Shown piece by piece: positions 57,643 to 64,000 of a stretch of 64,000 bases of DNA. Source of the DNA: Actinomycetes bacterium (GTDB taxonomy: Bacteria > Actinomycetota > Actinomycetes > JACCUZ01). The stretch spans positions 759 through 64,758 of the forward strand of contig DATBDW010000228.1 of assembly GCA_036269735.1 (NCBI GenBank), read 5' to 3'. Numbering within the stretch: the first letter of the stretch is position 1; each line of letters begins with the position of its first letter. The position numbers and the translations under genes were made by a program. The notes below the pieces were generated by a model. That model saw nothing but the letters and a program-made list of their open reading frames with translations. It was not told the origin of the DNA and searched no databases.

Positions 57643-60600
57643 ATGAGTGTCCAGACCTGGCTGGGGAGGATCCCTCCGTTCGGCTCCTGGCCGGCGCTGC
57701 GCCAGCTCACGGGTGAGGACCGGCTCGGTCTGGGAGCGGCCTCCCGATCCCCGCACACAGCGGCTCTGCGGGCCCGTACGGCGACCGCCGACAGCGTGGT
57801 CAAGTCGATCTGCCCCTACTGCGCCGTCGGCTGCGGCCAGGACCTTTACGTCCGAGACGGCCGGGTCGTCCAGATCGAGGGAGACCCCGACTCCCCCATC
57901 AGTCGTGGCCGGCTCTGTCCGAAGGGTGCTGCCACGCTCCAGCTCACGACCGGCGACCAGAGGCGGCAGAAGGCGCTCTACCGGCCGCCGCACGCGGCCT
58001 ACTGGCAGGAGATCGACCTGCGGCGCGCCATGGACATGCTCGCCGATCGAGTCGTCCGTACCCGCGAGGACACCTTCACCTGGGAGGAGGAGGGCAAGCG
58101 GGTCCGCCGCACGATGGGTATCGCCAGCCTCGGCGGCGCCGCCCTGGACAACGAGGAGAACTACCTCATCAAGAAGCTCTGGACGGCCCTCGGCGTGATC
58201 CAGGTCGAGAACCAGGCTCGGGTCTGCCACTCCTCCACCGTGGCCGGGCTGGGCACGTCATTCGGTCGCGGCGGGTCGACGATGTTCATGCAGGACCTGC
58301 AGAACTCGGACTGCATCGTCATCCAGGGCTCCAACTTCGCCGAGGCCCACCCGGTCGGCTTCCAGTGGGTGATGGAGGCCAAGGCACGGGGGGCGACGGT
58401 CATCCATGTAGACCCTCGGTTCACCAGAACCAGCGCCGTGGCAGACATCCACGTGCCGATCCGCGCCGGGACGGACATCGCGTTCCTGGGCGGGATCATC
58501 AACCACGTCCTGAGCAACGGGCTCGAGTTCCGCGAGTGGGTTCTCACCCACACCAACGCCTCGACGCTTGTGACCGAGGACTTCCGCGACACCGAGGACC
58601 TCGACGGCGTCTTCTCCGGCTTCGACACGGGGACGGGCCACTACGACATGTCCACCTGGCGCTACGAGGGGGTGGACACGAAGGGCGCCGCCGGCGCGGC
58701 TGCCCCCGCCGAGGAGAGCGGGACCTCGGAGGAGACGAGCTCGGTGAAGGGAGCCGGGCGGGGCGAGAGCCACGGCTCGGGCGGCCCGTCCGTCGGCACC
58801 GGCGAGCCGGTGCGCGACGAGACCCTTCAGCACCCGCGCTGCGTGTTCCAGGTGGTCAAGCGGCACTTCGCCCGGTATACCCCCGAGATGGTGCAGGACG
58901 TCTGCGGCATCCCGCCCGAGCTCTTCGCCAAGGTCTGCGACGCGCTGACGCAGAACTCCGGGCGGGACAAGACGAGCGCCTTCGCGTACGCCGTCGGGTG
59001 GACCCAGCACACCGTGGGCGCCCAGTACATCCGCGCGGCATGCGTCCTGCAGCTGCTGCTGGGGAATGTCGGCCGCCCGGGAGGCGGTATCCAGGCGCTG
59101 CGCGGGCACGCCAGCATCCAGGGCTCCAGCGACATCCCGACGCTGTACAACCTGCTGCCTGGCTACCTCCCGATGCCGCATGCGCACTCGACCCAGACAC
59201 TGGACGAGTTCGTCGAGACCGAGGCGTCCGAGCGCGGCTTCTGGGGCAACATGCGCAGCTACCTGGTCAGCTTGCTCAAGGCCTACTGGGGGGACGCCGC
59301 GACGGCCGACAACGACTTCTGCTTCGACTACCTGCCGCGGGTCACCGGCAGCCACGCGACCTACGAGACTGCGAAGGCCATGAAGGACGGTGCCGTCAAG
59401 GGGTTCCTGCTGATGGGCGAGAACCCCGCCGTGGGAAACGCCGACGCCAAGCTGCAGCGGCAGGGCATGGCGAAGCTGGACTGGCTGGTCGTGCGCGACT
59501 TCACCCTCATCGAGTCCGCGACCTGGTGGCAGGACGGCCCGGAGGTCCAGACCGGCGAGCTGCGCACCGAGGACGTCGGCACCGAGGTCTTCTTCTTCCC
59601 CGCGGCGGCACACATCGAGAAGTCCGGATCATTCACAAACACCAACCGGTGGTTGCAGTGGCACCACGCAGCCCAGGAGCCGCAGGGTGACGCCCGCAGC
59701 GACCTGTGGTTCATGTACCACCTGGGTCGGCTCGTCCGGGACCGCCTCGCGGGATCCAGCAACGAGCGTGACCGTCCCGTGCTGGATCTCACCTGGGACT
59801 ACCCGGTGGAGGGTCCGCTCGACGAGCCGTCCGCCGAGGCGGTGCTGGCCGAGATCAACGGGTACGACGCCGACGGGAAGCACCTTTCGGCGTACACCCA
59901 GCTGCGCGACGACGGCTCGACGAGCTGCGGCTGCTGGATCTACTGCGGCGTGTACGCCGACGGGGTCAACCAGGCGGCCCGACGCAAGCCGCACACCGAG
60001 CAGTCGTGGGTGGCGCCGGAGTGGGCCTGGGCCTGGCCCGCGAACCGGCGCACCCTCTACAACCGGGCCTCGGCAGACGCCGACGGCAAGCCGTGGAGCG
60101 AGCGCAAGGCCTACATCTGGTGGGACCCGGAGCAAGGCAGGTGGGCCGGGGAGGACGTCCCCGACATGCAGCCGGACAAGCCGCCGTCCTACCGGCCGCC
60201 GAAGGAAGCCCGCGGACCGGACGCGCTGTCCGGCACCGACGCATTCATCATGCAGGCCGACGGCCAGGGCTGGCTGTTCGCGCCGGCGGGACTGCTCGAC
60301 GGGCCGCTGCCGACACATTACGAACCCCAGGACTCGCCCGTGGTCAACCCGCTCTACCCGCACCAGCAACGCAACCCGACCAGGTCGTTGCTCGACGACC
60401 CGCAGAACGTGCTTCATCCCGACCCCGGCACGCCGGGCGCAGAGACGTTCCCATTCGTGCTGACGACCTATCGCCTGGTGGAGCATTTCACCGGCGGCGG
60501 GATGAGCCGGACCGTCCCCTACCTGTCCGAGCTGCAACCAGAGCTGTTCGTCGAGGTGTCCCCGGAGCTGGCTGCCGAACGCGGTCTCGAGCACGGCGAC

Positions 60601-60930
60601 TGGGCCACCGTCGTGACGGCGCGCAACGCCATCGAGGCGCGGGTCATGGTCACCCAGCGGATGACGCCGCTGCTCGTGGACGGCGGCGTCGTGCACCAGA
60701 TCGGGCTGCCGTACCACTGGGGCCCCAACGGCTACTCGCGCGGCGACTCGGCCAACGAGCTGACCTCGGCCGCGATGGACCCCAACGTCCACATCCAGGA
60801 GACCAAGGCCCTCAGCGCGGACATCCGGCCTGGGCGGCGCCCACGGGGTCCGGAGCTGCCGAGGTACGTCGAGGAGTACCGCCAGCGGGCGGGGATCACC
60901 CGGGAGACCGGCCGGGGAACGCGAAGATGA
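57643..60930 (+). CDS. formate dehydrogenase-N/O-type catalytic alpha subunit (molybdopterin), Cys-type (no selenocysteine)
   Basis: SD gaaggag 5 nt upstream. ICPYCAVGCG Fe-S motif, then NQARVCHSSTVAGLG where E. coli FdnG has ...ARVUHGPTVA, so Cys replaces Sec and there is no in-frame TGA. MGD-binding regions are collinear with FdnG. Confidence 0.85.
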   Translation: MSVQTWLGRIPPFGSWPALRQLTGEDRLGLGAASRSPHTAALRARTATADSVVKSICPYCAVGCGQDLYVRDGRVVQIEGDPDSPISRGRLCPKGAATLQLTTGDQRRQKALYRPPHAAYWQEIDLRRAMDMLADRVVRTREDTFTWEEEGKRVRRTMGIASLGGAALDNEENYLIKKLWTALGVIQVENQARVCHSSTVAGLGTSFGRGGSTMFMQDLQNSDCIVIQGSNFAEAHPVGFQWVMEAKARGATVIHVDPRFTRTSAVADIHVPIRAGTDIAFLGGIINHVLSNGLEFREWVLTHTNASTLVTEDFRDTEDLDGVFSGFDTGTGHYDMSTWRYEGVDTKGAAGAAAPAEESGTSEETSSVKGAGRGESHGSGGPSVGTGEPVRDETLQHPRCVFQVVKRHFARYTPEMVQDVCGIPPELFAKVCDALTQNSGRDKTSAFAYAVGWTQHTVGAQYIRAACVLQLLLGNVGRPGGGIQALRGHASIQGSSDIPTLYNLLPGYLPMPHAHSTQTLDEFVETEASERGFWGNMRSYLVSLLKAYWGDAATADNDFCFDYLPRVTGSHATYETAKAMKDGAVKGFLLMGENPAVGNADAKLQRQGMAKLDWLVVRDFTLIESATWWQDGPEVQTGELRTEDVGTEVFFFPAAAHIEKSGSFTNTNRWLQWHHAAQEPQGDARSDLWFMYHLGRLVRDRLAGSSNERDRPVLDLTWDYPVEGPLDEPSAEAVLAEINGYDADGKHLSAYTQLRDDGSTSCGCWIYCGVYADGVNQAARRKPHTEQSWVAPEWAWAWPANRRTLYNRASADADGKPWSERKAYIWWDPEQGRWAGEDVPDMQPDKPPSYRPPKEARGPDALSGTDAFIMQADGQGWLFAPAGLLDGPLPTHYEPQDSPVVNPLYPHQQRNPTRSLLDDPQNVLHPDPGTPGAETFPFVLTTYRLVEHFTGGGMSRTVPYLSELQPELFVEVSPELAAERGLEHGDWATVVTARNAIEARVMVTQRMTPLLVDGGVVHQIGLPYHWGPNGYSRGDSANELTSAAMDPNVHIQETKALSADIRPGRRPRGPELPRYVEEYRQRAGITRETGRGTRR

Positions 60931-61877
60931 GCGCGCTGCGCGGGGCCCGCCTCACCGACCCGGCCGCCGAGGCCGGCTGGGGCGCCCAGGAGCGGCCCCG
61001 GATGGGTTTCTTCACCGACACGAGCGTGTGCATCGGCTGCAAGGCGTGCGAGGTGGCGTGCAAGGAGTGGAACGCCATCCCCGAGGACGGACTCGACTTC
61101 ACCGGGATGTCGTACGACAACACCGCAGCCCTGGGCGCGAGCACCTGGCGGCACGTCGCCTTCATCGAGCAGAACGCACCTGTCGGCAACCAGGAGGCAG
61201 GCGTCGCGCGGGCCAGGGAGCAGGTCGCTCAGGTCGAGGAGGCACAGGGAGCGCAGCGGGTCGACCTCGGCATGCCGGGCATCGGCCCTGACCCGGCCGG
61301 GGGCTCGCAGGACTTCCGTTGGCTGATGTCCTCGGACGTCTGCAAGCACTGCACTCACGCGGCGTGCCTCGACGTGTGCCCGACCGGTGCGCTCATCCGC
61401 ACCGAGTTCGGGACGGTGGTCGTGCAGGAGGACGTCTGCAACGGCTGCGGCTACTGCGTACCGGCCTGCCCCTACGGCGTCATCGACCAACGGCCCGAGG
61501 ACGGTCGGGTCTTCAAGTGCACCCTGTGCTACGACCGGCTCGGCGAGGGGATGGAGCCGGCCTGCGCCAAGTCGTGTCCCACCGAGTCGATCCAGTTCGG
61601 CGAGATCGACGAGCTACGGGAGCGCGCGCAGGCGCGGGTCGAGCAGCTGCACGGGGCGGGGGTCACCCAGGCCAGGCTGTACGGCGAGGACCCCGGCGAC
61701 GGCGTCGGCGGGGCTGGCGCGTTCTTCCTCCTGCTCGACCAGCCGGAGGTCTACGGCCTGCCGCCGGACCCGGTCGTGACCACCCGGGACCTGCCGCGGA
61801 TGTGGCGGACCGCAGGTATCGCCGCTCTCGGTCTCGCCGCCGGGTTCGCTGCGTGCTTCGCGGGGCGGCGGCGGTGA
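60927..61877 (+). CDS. formate dehydrogenase beta subunit (4x[4Fe-4S] ferredoxin, FdnH-like) with C-terminal TM anchor
   Basis: ATGA overlap with the alpha subunit. Four CxxCxxCxxxCP motifs and a C-terminal helix IAALGLAAGFAACFAG. Confidence 0.8.
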   Translation: MSALRGARLTDPAAEAGWGAQERPRMGFFTDTSVCIGCKACEVACKEWNAIPEDGLDFTGMSYDNTAALGASTWRHVAFIEQNAPVGNQEAGVARAREQVAQVEEAQGAQRVDLGMPGIGPDPAGGSQDFRWLMSSDVCKHCTHAACLDVCPTGALIRTEFGTVVVQEDVCNGCGYCVPACPYGVIDQRPEDGRVFKCTLCYDRLGEGMEPACAKSCPTESIQFGEIDELRERAQARVEQLHGAGVTQARLYGEDPGDGVGGAGAFFLLLDQPEVYGLPPDPVVTTRDLPRMWRTAGIAALGLAAGFAACFAGRRR

Positions 61878-62944
61878 GCCCGGAGGTCACCCGCGAAGGC
61901 CCGCAGGACGATCGCCCGGGCCGTGAGGCGACAGTCGGGTCGGCGGGCGGGCGGGGGCCCGGCGGGGACGGGCGCTGGGGCGAGGGCCGGCGCAAGCGTC
62001 GCGGCCGGCGCGGCGAGGCACTGATGGTGCCGCGGGCCGAGTTCACGTCGTACTACGGCCGTCCCGTGATCAAGGAGCCGGTGTGGGAGGAGCGTGACAT
62101 CGCCGGCTACTTCTTCCTCGGTGGGCTGGCCGGCGCCTCGTCGGTCCTTGCCGCCGGCGCGGACCTGACCCACCGGTCGACGCTAGCCCGGACCGCGAAG
62201 GTGGGTAGTGCCGTCGCGATCTCGGCGTCGCTGGTCGCCCTGGTGCACGACCTCGGTCGCCCGGAGCGTTTCCTCAACATGCTGCGCGTCGTGAAGCCCA
62301 CGTCCCCGATGAGCGTCGGCACGTGGATCGTGTCGGCCTATGCGCCGGCGGCGCTCGTGGCGGCCGCGAGCACCGTGACGGGCAAGGCGCGTCCGGTCGG
62401 TGCCCTGGCCACGGCGGCGGCCGCCGCAGCCGGGCCGGCGGTGGCGGCGTACACCGCGGTCCTCGTATCGAACACCGCCGTGCCCGCATGGCACGACGGG
62501 CACCGCGAGATGCCGTTCGTCTTCGCCGGCTCCTCGACCTGCGCCGCCGCCGGGCTGGGGATGCTCGGCGCGTCACTGACCGACGCGGGGCCAGCCCGCC
62601 GGGCAGCGGTCGTCGGGGCGATGACCGAGGTGGTCGCCACCAGGCTGATGAAGGCGCGGATGGGCGTCGCCCGCGAGACGTACGAGACGGGATCCGCCGG
62701 CCGGCTGATGACCACGGCCGAGCGCCTGGTCGCCGGCGGAGCGCTGGTCGGCGCGATCGCCGGACGGCGCAGCCGCGTCGTGTCGGCCGCGGCCGGGGCC
62801 GCCCTGATGGCCGGCTCCGCGTGCACGCGGTTCGGGGTGTTCCGTGCCGGAGTCGCATCCGCGAAGGACCCGCGCTACACGGTCGAGCCGCAGCGCGCCC
62901 GGCTGGCGTCAGGCGCCGGGTCGACCCAGCAGTCCCACGCCTGA
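61874..62944 (+). CDS. NrfD/PsrC-family integral membrane anchor subunit
   Basis: GTGA overlap with the beta subunit. About 8 TM, ...YFFLGGLAGASSVLAAGADL... typical of NrfD-like quinol-interacting subunits. Confidence 0.7.
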   Translation: MSPEVTREGPQDDRPGREATVGSAGGRGPGGDGRWGEGRRKRRGRRGEALMVPRAEFTSYYGRPVIKEPVWEERDIAGYFFLGGLAGASSVLAAGADLTHRSTLARTAKVGSAVAISASLVALVHDLGRPERFLNMLRVVKPTSPMSVGTWIVSAYAPAALVAAASTVTGKARPVGALATAAAAAAGPAVAAYTAVLVSNTAVPAWHDGHREMPFVFAGSSTCAAAGLGMLGASLTDAGPARRAAVVGAMTEVVATRLMKARMGVARETYETGSAGRLMTTAERLVAGGALVGAIAGRRSRVVSAAAGAALMAGSACTRFGVFRAGVASAKDPRYTVEPQRARLASGAGSTQQSHA

Positions 62945-64000
62945 AGGCAGGCGAACCGTAGCCACCGTCTCGCCCTCGCGCGACTCGATGGCGATCTCGC
63001 CGGCGTGCCGGTCGACCACGATGCGCCGAGAGATGTCCAGCCCCAGGCCCGTCCCCTTGCCCACGCCCTTGGTCGTGAAGAACGGCTCGAACGCGTGGTC
63101 CCGGACGTCCTCGGCGAGGCCACCTCCCGTGTCCGCGACCTCGACGAGGACCCCTGTGCCATCGGCGCGCGTGGAGATGCGCAGGATGCCGGCACCGTCC
63201 ATCGCGTCGAGCGCGTTGTCGACCAGGTTGGTCCAGACCTGGTTGAGCTCGCCGGGGATCGCCTCGATGGCGGGGACGTCGGCGCCGTAGTCGCGGACCA
63301 CGGAGACCCCGGCCGGGGTCTTGTGCCGGAGCATCACCAGCGTGCTCTCGAGCCCCTCGACGACGTCGATGCGCTGCACCGAGGCACGGTCGAGCTGCGA
63401 GTAGGAGCGCACCGCGGAGACAAGGTCCGAGACCCGGCTGGTGGCGGACTTCAGCTCGGCGATGAGCGCGGCCGTCGACAGCGTGCCGGCCACCCACTGC
63501 AAGCCGGCCTCGAGCTCGACACCGTCGAGTACGCCGGCGACCTGGTCGCACCAGGAGACGTCGACCCCGGCCAGGGCCAGCGGTGGCGCGATGAGCCAGT
63601 CCGCCTCGATGCCTCGACGCGCGAGCCAGTCGGAAAGAACCTCCTCGCGCCGGGCCACCGCGGGTGGGTCGACCACGGCCGGCGGCAGCCCGATGTCGCG
63701 TCGCAGGGAGTCGAGAGCCAGGAACTGCTCGGCTGTGATCGATCCCGCGGCCAGACGGTTCAGGGCGGACAGCAGGAGCGTGCAGGTCTCCTCGAGCGCG
63801 TCGGCCGCACGGGTCGCCGCCGCCGCCGGGTTGTTGATCTCGTGGGCGAGGCCCGCGGCCAGGGTGCCGAGCGCGACCAGAGCCTCGCGCTGCCGGGTCA
63901 CCGCCTCGAAGCCGCGCACGGTCCGGAAGACGCCCTCGACCAGGTGCTCGCCGAAGGGAAACCAGCGCTTCGTCCAGTCCCTCAGGGCCGGTGCGGGCAC
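62909..64000 (-). CDS. sensor histidine kinase, C-terminal part (N-terminus beyond window end)
   Basis: H-box LAAGLAHEINNPAAA, N box NLVDNALDAM, and G boxes DTGGGLAEDVRDHAFEPFFTTKGVGKGTGLGL. The frame is open to position 64000. Confidence 0.7.
   Translation of the reverse strand: MPAPALRDWTKRWFPFGEHLVEGVFRTVRGFEAVTRQREALVALGTLAAGLAHEINNPAAAATRAADALEETCTLLLSALNRLAAGSITAEQFLALDSLRRDIGLPPAVVDPPAVARREEVLSDWLARRGIEADWLIAPPLALAGVDVSWCDQVAGVLDGVELEAGLQWVAGTLSTAALIAELKSATSRVSDLVSAVRSYSQLDRASVQRIDVVEGLESTLVMLRHKTPAGVSVVRDYGADVPAIEAIPGELNQVWTNLVDNALDAMDGAGILRISTRADGTGVLVEVADTGGGLAEDVRDHAFEPFFTTKGVGKGTGLGLDISRRIVVDRHAGEIAIESREGETVATVRLPSGVGLLGRPGA

Noticed and set aside
57643-60930. Possible selenocysteine (TGA recoding) in the formate dehydrogenase
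   Set aside because: The reading frame is uninterrupted, and the active-site position carries a TGC Cys codon (ARVCHSS). No SECIS-like context is needed.
1-64000. CRISPR arrays, tRNA or rRNA genes
   Set aside because: No run of regularly spaced 25-40-bp repeats and no tRNA-like T-arm/anticodon stems were found in the intergenic regions. The only tandem arrays are the 17-bp x3.5 and 15-bp x2 repeats, which lack spacers.

Overview
This 64 kb window is high-GC (about 70%+) actinobacterial chromosome, with codon usage and gene content resembling Nocardioidaceae or Propionibacteriales-type Actinomycetota. It is densely coding, and most long ORFs on the opposite strand are GC artefacts. I support about 55 protein genes, one IS110-family insertion, and no rRNA, tRNA or CRISPR.

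Gene content:
- **Detox and redox enzymes:** five VOC/glyoxalase-fold proteins, two DinB-family proteins, F420-linked PPOX and LLM oxidoreductases, an SDR, a Zn-ADH, an AKR and a carboxymuconolactone-decarboxylase (CMD)/AhpD-like protein.
- **Transporters:** three MFS pumps, ChrA and a DrrAB-like ABC exporter.
- **Regulators:** an ECF41 sigma factor, a second ECF sigma factor with a C-terminal NTF2-like domain (ECF56-like), an OmpR-type two-component system, a 1079-aa SARP/AfsR-like regulator and a partial histidine kinase.
- **Acetyl-phosphate/pyruvate node:** an xfp-ackA phosphoketolase operon, followed after two opposite-strand genes by a five-gene co-directional cluster (YdiJ-like FAD/Fe-S dehydrogenase, PoxB, enolase-superfamily enzyme, histidine phosphatase, AKR).
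- **Other:** a secreted GH15 glucodextranase, a secreted nuclease, a Cys-type three-subunit formate dehydrogenase (FdhA, FdhB, NrfD-like anchor), and a hypoxia/redox-flavoured set (Rieske, hemerythrin, Usp, KGG stress protein).

Non-coding signals that stand out:
- A 3.5-copy 17-bp tandem repeat array in the divergent promoter upstream of xfp.
- A near-perfect 25-bp-arm inverted repeat in the ECF-sigma/usp divergent promoter.
- A 15-bp tandem duplication spanning a stop codon.
- Several stop-proximal hairpins.
- A frameshifted IS110 transposase.

I could not identify one unambiguous novel system. The best candidates for a second look are the repeat array with the xfp/ackA and YdiJ-PoxB metabolic clusters, the ATP-grasp gene with its long structured leader, the small-protein operon at 37.4-38.4 kb and the SARP/ABC module. 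All product assignments rest on motif recognition by eye. No homology search was run.
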